Positions 28,360 to 38,377 of a stretch of 64,000 nucleotides of DNA are shown here, one piece after another. Location of the stretch: assembly GCA_963798915.1 (NCBI GenBank), contig CAWCVB010000005.1, positions 217,291 through 281,290 on the forward strand, given 5' to 3'. How positions within the stretch are numbered: position 1 is the stretch's first letter; each line of letters begins with the position of its first letter. This DNA is from an uncultured Gemmatimonadales bacterium (lineage in GTDB: Bacteria; Gemmatimonadota; Gemmatimonadetes; Gemmatimonadales; GWC2-71-9). Under the pieces are notes generated by a model. That model was not told the DNA's origin. It made no database searches and saw only the letters and a list, made by a program, of their open reading frames with translations. Made by a program: the position numbers and the translations under genes.

Positions 28360-30135
28360 TCAGCGCTCCACCTCCGTCTGGTGACGACGCCAGGCTGCAC
28401 CACTCATCAGGTATCCGGCCAGAAACAGGATGCTCGCCCCGGTGACCAGCAGGCGGCCGGTCCAGGGTGCCGAGCTGGCGGAGACCAGCCCTTCAATCAG
28501 TCCGGCAACCAGCAGACATGCGACGGACATGCCGAGCATGCGAATGGCACGGCGCCCTGCCAGTACCAGGGCATCGGCGCGCGTCAGCTCGCCGGGGGCC
28601 ACCAGGGTCCGACCCAGCATGAATCCGGCACCGCCGGCAATCCAGATGGCGCTCAGTTCCAGGACGCCATGCCCGATGATGAACTCGGCGAGATAGGCAC
28701 CAAGCCCGACATTCACGAAATGCCCGAAGGACGCGCCCAGCTGGAGCCCATTCAGCGCCAGCAGGACCAGCGCACCGGCCCCGAGAAAAATTCCGCCCGC
28801 AAAGCAGTAGAGTGCCACCCGTACATTGTTAGTGATGATCGCCGAGGCCATGGCCGGACGGAGTCGCGCGGCAATCTCCACGTAGCGACCCCCGGTGCCC
28901 TTGGAGCGCAGGCCCGCCTCGGCGCGATCCAGCATGACGTCTGGCAGCACCTCTTCTGCCAGCTCGGGCTTGTCGCGAAGCATCCGGTAGCCGATCGTGG
29001 CCGGGACGCTGAACATGAGGCAGGCAAGAACCACCTCGCGCCACGCCCCGAGCACCGCTGCCGGACATTCCCGTGCGATGACGGCCCACGCCCGACTCAG
29101 GGCGCGACCCTCGTTCTGATAGAGTGCGTTGTGACCGGCAGCAGCGAGCCGCTCCACGCGCCCCACAATGAGCGGGTCCGCGCCATAGGTCCGAAGCCGG
29201 GCCAGGTCGGCCGCGACTTCACGGTACCGTGCGGCGAAGTCGGGAAGCTCCGCGGCAGCGAGGTCGTCGAGGCCACGGCGCTGGACTCGCGTGGCCAGGG
29301 CATCAAACTCATTCCAGCGGGCCGACTGCCGCGCGATCAGCTGCCATGCCGGTCCGCCGCCTCGAGCAGCCAACCCGCTGCTCCGCCGCGCGCGTTCGGC
29401 CTCCAGCAAGAGGGCGAGTCGGCCGGGGAGATCGACGTCCGGCGTCGTGCCGCTGAGGGGCTTGGCGAGGCGATGGCCCAGCTCCGCCGCCAGCCGAGCC
29501 CGTGCCGGCGGCGCCAGCGCATCAGCTCGGTCCACAAATGCCTCGAGCAACGCAAATTCCTGATCACTCAGCTCAGGTGCCTCGACGACCCGGTCTCCCG
29601 TGTCCCTGGGCCTTGGCGCCTCGACACGCTCGGCGGGCCGGTCGCGAACGACGATGGTGCCGCCGACGATGTCGCCCAGCCGGCGTCCTCTCGGATGAAG
29701 CGCGACCAGCAGCGCCCCTCCGAGATAGGGTGGCGGAAGGAAATCGGCGATGCGCAGCAGATTGCGCACCACGGCGCCCGTCCGGCTTACCGCATGTCCC
29801 GACTCGCTCACGACGCGCAGGCCGAGCCATCGCTTGCCCGGCGTCTGGCCCTGACGGAAAGCTTCAAAGAAGATGAAATAGCCGTACCAGATCGCGAAGC
29901 CGGCCCCGATCAGAACCGCCCCGGCGACAGGCCCGAACCAGGTTCCGGCGAGTCCCGACGCCATGGCGACGACGATCAGCGCGAGGATGAGTGCAATGAC
30001 GATGAGCTGGTCGATGAACGCCGCCGCCGCGCGCGAGCCCACACCGGCAATTTCGTAATCGAGCGCCACCAGTTCGGGTGTCTCGATCAGCAGGTGCTGC
30101 CGCAGATCCGGTCGCACGGGCGGGGTGGGTATCAT
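28360..30135 (-). CDS. RDD domain plus stage II sporulation protein M (DUF95) fusion membrane protein
   Basis: IETPE..AG.GSRAAA..ID, GQTPGKR, RRLGD..GT; YR...ADLA; NN.RVA; HGVLELSAI..AGGAG; AGLIEG. Confidence 0.9.
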   Translation of the reverse strand: MIPTPPVRPDLRQHLLIETPELVALDYEIAGVGSRAAAAFIDQLIVIALILALIVVAMASGLAGTWFGPVAGAVLIGAGFAIWYGYFIFFEAFRQGQTPGKRWLGLRVVSESGHAVSRTGAVVRNLLRIADFLPPPYLGGALLVALHPRGRRLGDIVGGTIVVRDRPAERVEAPRPRDTGDRVVEAPELSDQEFALLEAFVDRADALAPPARARLAAELGHRLAKPLSGTTPDVDLPGRLALLLEAERARRSSGLAARGGGPAWQLIARQSARWNEFDALATRVQRRGLDDLAAAELPDFAARYREVAADLARLRTYGADPLIVGRVERLAAAGHNALYQNEGRALSRAWAVIARECPAAVLGAWREVVLACLMFSVPATIGYRMLRDKPELAEEVLPDVMLDRAEAGLRSKGTGGRYVEIAARLRPAMASAIITNNVRVALYCFAGGIFLGAGALVLLALNGLQLGASFGHFVNVGLGAYLAEFIIGHGVLELSAIWIAGGAGFMLGRTLVAPGELTRADALVLAGRRAIRMLGMSVACLLVAGLIEGLVSASSAPWTGRLLVTGASILFLAGYLMSGAAWRRHQTEVER

Positions 30136-30233
30136 GCCTCAACGTAGCGCTGCGGAGGACTCGCGCGGAAGGCGGCGCACCTGCATCTTTACCTGCCCGC
30201 GATCGAATCCCACTTCTCAAGCCCGGAATGCAC

Positions 30234-31082
30234 ATGACGGCTCCGGCCCTGCGGCCGCTCAACTTCGGTGAAATCATCGATCAGGCGGTGAACCTCTTTC
30301 GCCGGCTGTTCGCACCGCTGGTACTGGTGCAGATCAGCTGCACCGGCATCCTGGTGCCGATCCAGCTCTACCTGGTCTCCAGCGGCCAGCAGATCTCGGG
30401 GCTCTATTTCCTGGCCCTCCTGCTCAACGTCGTGCTCTCGGCGCTCGCGAGTGCGGCAGTGGCGCTGATCATTTCCGAGAATTATCTCGGGCGCACACTG
30501 GGCCCGCTGCAGGCGGTTCGGCTGGCGGTGCCGAAGATCGGGCCTGTCATCCTGCTCTCCCTGTCGGTCGGACTGGTGCTGATCATCTCGGCGCTGCCGG
30601 CGTTCCTGGCGTTCGGCGCCGGATTTGCCCTGCTGGTGCCCGCCGGCAGCGTCGCGACCAACCTGCCGCTCGCCGGGGGCCTCTTCCTCGGCGGGCTCCT
30701 CCTGCTCGCCCTGCCGTTCGCGGTCTTTGCGGGGCTCGCTGTGGCCACCCCGGCCCTGGTCATCGAGAACCTGACCACGAGCGGCGCCCTGCGCCGATCC
30801 TGGTCGCTGAGCCGCGGGTTTCGGCTGCGAACGATGGGCCTGCTGCTGGTCACCAGCATTCTCCTCATGATTCCGCTGGTCGGCGTGAGCATGCTGGGCG
30901 GCCTCCTGCTCCGTGATGGCGCCTCGGCCGGTGCGTCGCCACTCACGACGGTGCTCACGCTCGCCGTCACGTTCGTGCTCACGCCGCTGATCTACTGTGT
31001 GCTGACGCTGCTCTACTATGACCTCCGCGTACGCAAGGAAGCCTTTGACCTGCAGGTCCTCGCGGAATCGCTGGCGGCTTGA
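30234..31082 (+). CDS. Integral membrane protein typical of MoxR clusters
   Basis: LRPL.FGEIID, AL.RSW.L, LLYYDLRVRKEAFDL. Confidence 0.8.
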   Translation: MTAPALRPLNFGEIIDQAVNLFRRLFAPLVLVQISCTGILVPIQLYLVSSGQQISGLYFLALLLNVVLSALASAAVALIISENYLGRTLGPLQAVRLAVPKIGPVILLSLSVGLVLIISALPAFLAFGAGFALLVPAGSVATNLPLAGGLFLGGLLLLALPFAVFAGLAVATPALVIENLTTSGALRRSWSLSRGFRLRTMGLLLVTSILLMIPLVGVSMLGGLLLRDGASAGASPLTTVLTLAVTFVLTPLIYCVLTLLYYDLRVRKEAFDLQVLAESLAA

Positions 31083-31696
31083 GCGGGCGCTCCATGCCGC
31101 CTGACTCGCTGCGCGCGGTATTGGATTCGGTTTTCACCTCGCCGGCATACGACTGGCGTCCGCCGAACACTGCTGTGACCTGGATTCAGCAGCGGTGGCG
31201 GGCCGTGGTGGAGTGGCTCACCACGATGCGCGACCTCAATCCGCGAGTGTATCACGCGGTGGTGCTGCTGCTGGTCGCGACACTCGTGGCGATCATCCTG
31301 CATGCAGCCTGGATCCTGTACCGCACTGCACGAAGGGCTGAGGAAGGGGTCGCCGGCATGCCGGATGCGGCGCTACCGGCCGCACGGGACGCGGCATGGT
31401 TCCGGGCCGAGGCGGACCGGTTGGCCGGTGAGGGCCGCCTGGCCGACGCGATGCAGGCGGCATTTGTCGCACTGGCCCTGCACCTCGATGCCATCGGCTT
31501 GCTGCAGTACCAGGCCTCCAGGACTCCGGCCGAGTGCGCCCGTGAGGCCCGGCTCGCTGGGGCCGATCAGGTGCGATTGCAGCGGCTGGTGGGTGAGCTG
31601 TACCGCGCGGCCTTCGGCGGGGCACCGGTTGCCGCCGCCGATTACCGGGCCTGGCATGCCGAGGTGGAAGGGGTCTGGCATGCGCCCGCGCACTAG
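31079..31696 (+). CDS. DUF4129 domain protein
   Basis: One TM, then A..LA.EGR..AM, SRTPAE, LY..FGG; sits within the MoxR cluster. Confidence 0.75.
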   Translation: MSGRSMPPDSLRAVLDSVFTSPAYDWRPPNTAVTWIQQRWRAVVEWLTTMRDLNPRVYHAVVLLLVATLVAIILHAAWILYRTARRAEEGVAGMPDAALPAARDAAWFRAEADRLAGEGRLADAMQAAFVALALHLDAIGLLQYQASRTPAECAREARLAGADQVRLQRLVGELYRAAFGGAPVAAADYRAWHAEVEGVWHAPAH

Positions 31697-32849
31697 TCTC
31701 ATCATCGCCGCCACGGCGCTGGCGATGGTCGGCTTTGTTGCCGCCTCGCTGGGTCAGCGGCAGGCACGACCCGGGGATGCCGATCCTCGTCGATCCACCT
31801 TGCTGGTCGGTCCTCAGGGCGCCCGCGCGTGGGCCGACGCACTACAACTGCTCGGCGTCAGGGTCGCGCGGCACCGGCGAAGAACAACGGAGTTACCGGC
31901 GCCTCTCCCCGGCGACCTGTACGCGATCCTCGACCCGGCCGCGCGATTGAGTCCGCTCGATGGCCTGCGCCTCGAGGCCTGGCGCACCGCGGGCGGCTCG
32001 GTCCTCGCCGCGGGACGCGGCAGCGCCGCCTACCTCGCGTGTTTCCGGCTTCGCCCGGCGGTCCGTTTTGGCGACCATGCGGTGATAGATGGCGATACAC
32101 TGGCCATCAACGCTGTGCTCGAAGCAGGTCGCCAGGACTCGACGGCGGTCGGCGAGAGAGCGGCGTCCTCCTGCGCCGTCGGGGCCTACCGGACCGATAC
32201 GCTCCTGCGCTCGACGACCATGGAGCCGGTTGCCGTTCGGATCACGACCGACTCGGGCGGCGCGGCCCTGCTGGTGGCCGATGGCGGCCTGTTTGCCAAC
32301 CGGGCGCTCAAGGAATCGACCGCTGGCGAGTTCACGCTCGGCCTGGTCTACGGCTCCTACGGCCACGTGCTGGTTGACGAGTACCACCAGGGGTTCGGCC
32401 CCGGTGGGGGCATCCTCCCTGCGGCGCGTCGCTGGCTTTTCTCGGCGCCTGCGGGCTGGGCCATCATCCAGCTGGGACTCGTCGGACTGCTGGTCCTGCT
32501 GACCAGTGCGGTTCGGTTCGGCCCGGCGCGCCAGGTCATCGTTCGACGCCGGCGGTCGGCGCTCGAGCACGTGCGCGCGCTGGCTACGGCGCTGGCCGCG
32601 GCCGGCGGGCATGATGTGGCCGTTTCGCTGGTGGTGCGTGGGTTGCGCCGCCGGCTGACCAGGGCAGGCGACCCGATGCGTGCGAGCATAACCGAATGGC
32701 TGGCCGCATTGCCGGCGCGAACCCACTCTCCCGCCGGGCGCGCCGCCGCCGAGCGCCTGTTGACTCTTACCAGCGGTCCCGCGGACGTGAAGAGCGTCCG
32801 TCAGGCCGCGATTGCCGTGGAGGATGTGTGGCAGGATCTGACTCCCTGA
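31680..32849 (+). CDS. DUF4350 domain membrane protein
   Basis: N-terminal TM, RST...PQGARA, DEYHQG, second TM then RFGP..R..EHV.ALA. Confidence 0.75.
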   Translation: MRPRTSLIIAATALAMVGFVAASLGQRQARPGDADPRRSTLLVGPQGARAWADALQLLGVRVARHRRRTTELPAPLPGDLYAILDPAARLSPLDGLRLEAWRTAGGSVLAAGRGSAAYLACFRLRPAVRFGDHAVIDGDTLAINAVLEAGRQDSTAVGERAASSCAVGAYRTDTLLRSTTMEPVAVRITTDSGGAALLVADGGLFANRALKESTAGEFTLGLVYGSYGHVLVDEYHQGFGPGGGILPAARRWLFSAPAGWAIIQLGLVGLLVLLTSAVRFGPARQVIVRRRRSALEHVRALATALAAAGGHDVAVSLVVRGLRRRLTRAGDPMRASITEWLAALPARTHSPAGRAAAERLLTLTSGPADVKSVRQAAIAVEDVWQDLTP

Positions 32850-33811
32850 CGCCCGATGCGGTCGTTGCCGCCCATGCAGAGACGGGCGCGCGGCTGCTCG
32901 CGTCGGTTGGCAGCGTGGTGCTGGGACAGGACCGCGCCATTCGCGATGCGCTGGGCGCACTGATCGCGCGGGGCCACGTCCTGCTCGAGGGCGTTCCCGG
33001 CACGGCAAAGACGTTGCTCGTGCGGGCGCTGTCCGAGAGTCTCAGTCTCGGCTTTCGCCGCATTCAGTTTACGCCCGACCTCATGCCGTCCGACATCACC
33101 GGCGTGAGTGTGCTGGGCGCCGACGGCCAGTTCACCTTCCGCCCCGGTCCACTCTTCGGTGACCTTATCCTGGGAGATGAAATCAACCGGGCGCCGGCCA
33201 AGACCCAGGCCGCACTGCTGGAGGCCATGCAGGAGCGGCGGGTCACGGTGGACGGCATCTCGCATGAGCTGAGCCGCGAGTTCACGGTGTTTGCCACCCA
33301 GAACCCGGTCGAGTTCGAAGGCACCTACCCCTTGCCGGAGGCGGAGCTCGATCGGTTTCTGGTCAAGGTCGAGCTCGGGTATCCAACGGCCACGGTCGAG
33401 CAGGACATCCTGCATCGAGTGCTCGGCGGCTTCGAGGCCGACCGACCGTCCAGCTACGGTGTGGTTCCGGTGCTTGATCGCGCGGGCCTGGCGCAACTGC
33501 ACGCCGCCTGCGCCCGCGTGCGGGTGGAGGCGTCGCTGGTCGCCTACATTACGGAACTGGTCCGCGCCACGCGCGACGTCCCGTCGCTCACGCTCGGCGC
33601 CTCGCCGCGCGCCAGTGTCGCCCTCCTCCGAATGGCCCAGGCATCCGCGCTGCTCGATGGACGCCCCTATGCCACGCCGGACGACGTCAAGGCGGCGGCA
33701 CCGGCGGTGCTGCGCCATCGGGTGGTGGTGGCGCCGGAGCTGGAGCTGGAAGGCGTCCATCCCGATGCGGCGCTCGCATCTGTGATCGAGCGGGTGGAAG
33801 CGCCGAGGTAG
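32828..33811 (+). CDS. moxR: MoxR family AAA+ ATPase
   Basis: LLEGVPGTAKT, RIQFTPDLMPSDITG, DEINRAPAKTQAALLEAM, ATQNP.E.EGTYPLPEA.LDRF; start codon uncertain. Confidence 0.95.
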   Translation: MAGSDSLTPDAVVAAHAETGARLLASVGSVVLGQDRAIRDALGALIARGHVLLEGVPGTAKTLLVRALSESLSLGFRRIQFTPDLMPSDITGVSVLGADGQFTFRPGPLFGDLILGDEINRAPAKTQAALLEAMQERRVTVDGISHELSREFTVFATQNPVEFEGTYPLPEAELDRFLVKVELGYPTATVEQDILHRVLGGFEADRPSSYGVVPVLDRAGLAQLHAACARVRVEASLVAYITELVRATRDVPSLTLGASPRASVALLRMAQASALLDGRPYATPDDVKAAAPAVLRHRVVVAPELELEGVHPDAALASVIERVEAPR

Positions 33812-33833
33812 GTCGACAGTCGCCGGCCCTCGT

Positions 33834-33903
33834 TATGACCGGTGATCCACGACCCTCGACTCTTGACCCGCGACTTACGACTTAGGATTTACGACTTCCG
33901 ACC
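33834..33903 (+). repeat. Degenerate heptamer tandem repeat, 10 units (NNNGAYY, core TACGACT)
   Basis: GA(C/T) recurs exactly every 7 nt from 33837 to 33900: tatgacc ggtgatc cacgacc ctcgact cttgacc cgcgact tacgact taggatt tacgact tccgacc. Confidence 0.8.
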
Positions 33904-33917
33904 CCGAAGGAGCGACG

Positions 33918-35849
33918 ATGCGTCCCGTAGCGGCACTATCCATTCTCTCGCTGATCGCGCTTCCGCTCGTGGCGCAGACGCCCGAGCGTTCGATCCGGCG
34001 TACGATTCCGATCACGCGCAGTTTCCAGCACGCGCTGGCCGCCGGATCGCGGGATTCATCCGGCTCGCCCGCGGCGCATTACTGGCAGTTGAAGACCGAT
34101 TACGTCATCAGTGCCAAGCTGGACCCGGCTACCTCGACGGTTTCGGGGACCGAGCGCATCACCCTGACGAATGCCTCTCCGGACACCCTCAAGTCGGTGG
34201 CGCTGCGGCTCTACCAGAACCTGTTTGCGCCCAATGTGGCGCGATCCTCGCCCGTGGCGGCGTTGACCGACGGCATGACGCTCACGTCGCTGACGGCCAA
34301 TGGCACGGCGATCGAGATTGGCGATCGCTGGCAGAACGAGACGGTCGTTCAGTTCAAGCTTGCGCAGCCGATTCTGCCCGGCGCCACCGGCACGCTCGAC
34401 GCCGCCTGGTCGTTCCAGGTGCCCAAGGTGCCCGAGGGCGTGCGCGGTGACCGCATGGGAAGCTGGGGCACCCGGCTCTTCCAGGTGGCGCAATGGTACC
34501 CCCAGGTGGCCATGTACGACGACCTGCGAGGATGGGACCTGGATCCCTATCTCGGCGACGCCGAGTTCTACAACAATTTCGGGTCGTTCGACGTGAAGCT
34601 CGACGTGCCAGCCGGCTGGCTCATCGGCGCCACCGGAGTCCTGCGAAACGCGAGTGAAGTGCTGACCCCCGCCACGCAGCAGCGGCTGGCCCGCGCCACG
34701 GCGAGCGACAGCCAGATGGTGGTTGTGGCGGCGGCGGACCGCGGGGCAGGCAAGGCGACGGCCGCCGGCGACCGCCTGGTCTGGCATTTCACAGCCGACA
34801 GCGTCGCCGACTTTGCATGGGCCACCTCGGCCGAATTCGTCTGGGACGCCATGCGGGCGGTGATCCCGGGAAAGGGGCCAATCCCCATCAGCCTGCTGTA
34901 CCTGCCTGAGCACGACCGCTATCAGCGTACTGGGGCCTTCGCTCGCCACGCGCTCGAGTATTACTCGTCCCTCTGGATGCCCTACGCCTTCCCGACCTTT
35001 ACGCAGGTGGACGGACCCGAGGGCGGCATGGAGTACCCGGCGCTGACGTTCTCCGGTGCCGGCTTTGGCGTGACAGACCACGAGATCGGTCATCAGTGGT
35101 GGCCCATGATGGTTGGCGTGAACGAAACGTGGTATGGCTGGATGGATGAGGGTTTCAACCAGTATATGAACCAGCTCTCCGGCGCGGCGTTCCGCGATAC
35201 GGTTCCCCGCCTCGACGGAGCTGGCCGCGCGTACGGCCGGATTGCCGGGGACGAATCCGAACCGCCGATGATGTGGGACGCGAACTATGACGGCCCGCGC
35301 TATTCGTTCGTGACCTACGGCAAGGCGCCCCTCATGCTGTCCATGCTGGGCGGCATCGTCGGCGATTCGGCGGTGCAGCGGGCCATGAGTGGCTATGCCA
35401 AGGCCTGGCGATTCAAGCATCCGTCGCCCTGGGACTACATGTTCTATCTGGACCAGGCCCTCGATCGCGACCTCGGCTGGTTCTGGTACTACTGGCTCTT
35501 CAGCACGGCCACCGTTGACAACGCGATTTCCAACGTGAAGGCCTCGGGCCGGCAGCTCACGGTGACCGTCCAGCAGAGTGGCGACATGCCATCGCCGGTG
35601 GTGCTCGAGTTCGTCTTCAAGGGGGCCGCGCCGTCGGTGGCCGGCGTCAAGGGCGCCCGGGCCTCCGGCAACACCGTCAGGGTGACGTACCCGGCGGATG
35701 TCTGGTTCAACGGCAGCAGGACCTTTGATGCGGTACTGCCATTCGATCAGACCAGGATCGAAACGATTACCGTGGATCCTGACGGGCGCTTTCCCGATGC
35801 CAGCACGAGCGACAACGTCTGGCCACGTGTGGCCTCTCCGGGCGGCTGA
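33918..35849 (+). CDS. Exported M1 family zinc metallopeptidase
   Basis: Signal peptide; GGMEYP, HEIGHQWW..WMDEG, YGKA; AAGGAG RBS. Confidence 0.92.
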   Translation: MRPVAALSILSLIALPLVAQTPERSIRRTIPITRSFQHALAAGSRDSSGSPAAHYWQLKTDYVISAKLDPATSTVSGTERITLTNASPDTLKSVALRLYQNLFAPNVARSSPVAALTDGMTLTSLTANGTAIEIGDRWQNETVVQFKLAQPILPGATGTLDAAWSFQVPKVPEGVRGDRMGSWGTRLFQVAQWYPQVAMYDDLRGWDLDPYLGDAEFYNNFGSFDVKLDVPAGWLIGATGVLRNASEVLTPATQQRLARATASDSQMVVVAAADRGAGKATAAGDRLVWHFTADSVADFAWATSAEFVWDAMRAVIPGKGPIPISLLYLPEHDRYQRTGAFARHALEYYSSLWMPYAFPTFTQVDGPEGGMEYPALTFSGAGFGVTDHEIGHQWWPMMVGVNETWYGWMDEGFNQYMNQLSGAAFRDTVPRLDGAGRAYGRIAGDESEPPMMWDANYDGPRYSFVTYGKAPLMLSMLGGIVGDSAVQRAMSGYAKAWRFKHPSPWDYMFYLDQALDRDLGWFWYYWLFSTATVDNAISNVKASGRQLTVTVQQSGDMPSPVVLEFVFKGAAPSVAGVKGARASGNTVRVTYPADVWFNGSRTFDAVLPFDQTRIETITVDPDGRFPDASTSDNVWPRVASPGG

Positions 35850-35857
35850 CCCGGCAC

Positions 35858-37168
35858 ATGATCCTTCCGTCCCGCCGCTGGCTGACAGGCGCCGCCGCCC
35901 TCGCGCTTGTGGGACTCGCCGGGTATGCCTGGCCACCCGCGCTGGGCGCGCTGCTAGCGCTCGATATCGTCTGGCTGCTCCTGCTTGTCTGGGACGGTTG
36001 GCGTGCCGGCAATCGTCCACTCACGGTCGAACGCGACGCGCCGCCGGCCTTTTCGGTGGGGAGGACTCTGCCAGTCTGGTATCGGTGGTCATCTCCGCTG
36101 CGCTACCCGCAAGTGCTTCAGGTACGCGAGCAGATGCCCGCGCCGCTCGGCGGAGCCGACTTGCCCATGCGCGAGATTCGGCTCATGCCGGGCGAGACGA
36201 AGGAACGCGTGGACATCCTGCCGAGGGCGCGTGGCCACGGCGTCGGCGGCGTCCTGTCACTCAGGCGGCGCGGCCCCCTCGGCCTGGGCTGGCGCCAGGA
36301 ACGGAAACAGTTGTCCTGGGAGGCGACGGTCTTTCCGGCGCTGTCGGGTGTGGTGTCGCGCGGCCTGCCGGCGCAGGCCATCCGGCGCCGGGAGGCCGGG
36401 CTTCGCAGTGTGCGGCGACCAGGCGAGGGCCGCATGTTCGAGGGCCTGCGCGAATGGGTGCCGGGCGACGACACCAGGATCATTGACTGGAAGGCGACCG
36501 CGCGCCGGCGCAAGCCTATCGCCCGAGTGTATGAGGATGAGCGTCGCCAGCGCGTCCTCCTCATGCTTGATGCCGGGCGCCTGCTGGCTGCCGAGTCGGA
36601 CGGGGTCTCCCGGCTGGAGCAGGCGGTGCAGGCGGCGCTTCGCCTGGGCTTTGCGGCGGTGGACCATGATGACGACATCGGCCTGCTGGTATTCGCCGAT
36701 ACGGTGCAGGCGTATGTTGCGCCGGCTCGGGGCCGCCGTGCCTTGCGTGCGGTGCTCGACGCACTCGCATCAGCCAAGGGACGGCTGGTAGAGAGCAATT
36801 ACCCGCTCGCGTTCCGCTACCTGGCGGCGCGCAACCGGAAGCGGGCGCTCACCGTGCTGTTCACGGACGTGATCGACCGGACGGCGAGCCGGACGCTCGT
36901 GGCGCAGGCCGGGACGCTCCGCCCGCGCCACCTGCCGGTAGCGGTCATGCTCAGGGACCCGGCGCTTGAACGCCTGGCATCCTGCCGGCCCGTATCCGAC
37001 GCCCAGGCCTATGAACGTGCAGCGGCGGAGGAACTGCTGCTCGCGCGGGAACGGGCACTTGAGTCAATTCGAAGCGAAGGCGTCGTGGTCCTGGATGTTC
37101 CGCCCGAATCGGCGGGCGAGGCGGTAGTGCAGCGGTATCACGCCTTGAAGCGGCGGGGTGCATTGTAG
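35858..37168 (+). CDS. DUF58 (vWA-like) MoxR partner protein
   Basis: FEGLREWVPGDD.R.IDWKATAR, LDAGRL, LFTD. Confidence 0.92.
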   Translation: MILPSRRWLTGAAALALVGLAGYAWPPALGALLALDIVWLLLLVWDGWRAGNRPLTVERDAPPAFSVGRTLPVWYRWSSPLRYPQVLQVREQMPAPLGGADLPMREIRLMPGETKERVDILPRARGHGVGGVLSLRRRGPLGLGWRQERKQLSWEATVFPALSGVVSRGLPAQAIRRREAGLRSVRRPGEGRMFEGLREWVPGDDTRIIDWKATARRRKPIARVYEDERRQRVLLMLDAGRLLAAESDGVSRLEQAVQAALRLGFAAVDHDDDIGLLVFADTVQAYVAPARGRRALRAVLDALASAKGRLVESNYPLAFRYLAARNRKRALTVLFTDVIDRTASRTLVAQAGTLRPRHLPVAVMLRDPALERLASCRPVSDAQAYERAAAEELLLARERALESIRSEGVVVLDVPPESAGEAVVQRYHALKRRGAL

Positions 37169-37212
37169 GGGGTGCGCTGTAGAGGTGGCCCGCGGGACGC
37201 CCCTACAGCGCA
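37164..37212. repeat. GTAG-flanked REP-like palindrome or terminator between convergent genes
   Basis: TGCGCTGTAG...CTACAGCGCA perfect 10-bp arms, extending imperfectly; alternative pairing TGTAGGGG/CCCCTACA. Confidence 0.5.
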
Positions 37213-38258
37213 GGCACCAGTGGCGCCACCTCGGTGTAAACGGAGTCGAAGGCGAGCACCACCCTGGCATCGAGCTGCGAGCCCGACACCCGGCGCAGCT
37301 CGGCCAGGGCGTCGTCCGCGTCATAGGGAGCGCGGTAGGGACGCTGGGTCGTCATGGCATCGAAACTGTCGGCTACGGCAATGATGCGGGCCTCGATCGG
37401 TATGGCGTCGCCGCCCAGCCCGTCCGGAAAGCCCGCGCCGTCAACCCGTTCATGATGCGAGCGCACGCATCGGAGGACGGCGGGCGACTCGTGCGCAAGC
37501 GGCGCCAGCATCTGCTCGCCCAGCGCCGGATGCTCACGGATCTGACCCACCTCGTCTGGAGTCAGCGTGCCTGGCTTGAGCAGGAGCGACTCGCGCGTGC
37601 CAATCTTGCCGATATCATGGAGCTCACCACCAAGGCGAATGTGCTGCAGGTCGGCCCCATCGAAGCCCAGTTTGCGCGCGGTGGCCACAGCGTAACGGCT
37701 GACGCGAATCGAATGGCCGCGGGTGTAAGCATCCTTGGCTTCCAGGGCGCGGGCGAGCATCTGGACGCCCTGCAGGAAAATTTCCTGGATCCGATGGGAC
37801 TGGGTGTGGATGCGCTGCTCGAGGTATTCCTGGTAGTAGCGGTTCTGCAGGAACAGGGCGCGCTTTTCCAGGGCGCGCACGACCCGCGCCCGCAGTTCCC
37901 GGATCGATACCGGTTTGAGCAGGAAGTCGGCCGCGCCATAATGGAGACACTCGACGGCGGTGGCGCTGTCCGTGGCGCGGCTCAGGAGAATGACGGCGGT
38001 ATCAGGAGCGCAGCCGCGAACCTGGGTGAGGAGCTCGAACCCGTCCAGGTCCGGCATCCGGATATCGGCGATTACGAGCGGAAGCTCGGCATCGCGCTCG
38101 ATGCAGTCGAGTGCGTCCCGGCCGGTGGCGGCCTCCTGGCACGTGAAACCTTGTGCCGTCAGGAGGCACACCAGTGCCTGGCGTACCTCTGGATCGGGAT
38201 CTGCCACGAGGCAGCGCGCCGAACCGTCCGGGAGCGGTCCGGAAAACGATATGCTCAT
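37203..38258 (-). CDS. Response regulator REC plus HD-GYP cyclic-di-GMP phosphodiesterase
   Basis: ADIRMP, FLLKP; KDAYTRGHS.RV, LHDIGK, HHERVDGAGFP, AVADSFDAMT.RPYR. Confidence 0.92.
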   Translation of the reverse strand: MSISFSGPLPDGSARCLVADPDPEVRQALVCLLTAQGFTCQEAATGRDALDCIERDAELPLVIADIRMPDLDGFELLTQVRGCAPDTAVILLSRATDSATAVECLHYGAADFLLKPVSIRELRARVVRALEKRALFLQNRYYQEYLEQRIHTQSHRIQEIFLQGVQMLARALEAKDAYTRGHSIRVSRYAVATARKLGFDGADLQHIRLGGELHDIGKIGTRESLLLKPGTLTPDEVGQIREHPALGEQMLAPLAHESPAVLRCVRSHHERVDGAGFPDGLGGDAIPIEARIIAVADSFDAMTTQRPYRAPYDADDALAELRRVSGSQLDARVVLAFDSVYTEVAPLVPAL

Positions 38259-38315
38259 CTGGATTTCCCTGGCAAACGGAACCCACGAGGGCCGCAAGCC
38301 ATGTTAGGAACACGT

Positions 38316-38344
38316 ACTCTAGAGGGTTCCCAGCCGATTGTAAA
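38316..38344 (-). promoter_or_regulatory. Candidate sigma-70 promoter for the HD-GYP gene
   Basis: TTTACA-17 nt-TAGAGT on the minus strand. Confidence 0.5.
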
Positions 38345-38377
38345 CACTCGCTGCCTCAGGTCGGGGCCATTTCGCGC

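Noticed and set aside
33834..33903. CRISPR array
   Set aside because: Period is 7 bp with no spacers, and there are no cas genes.
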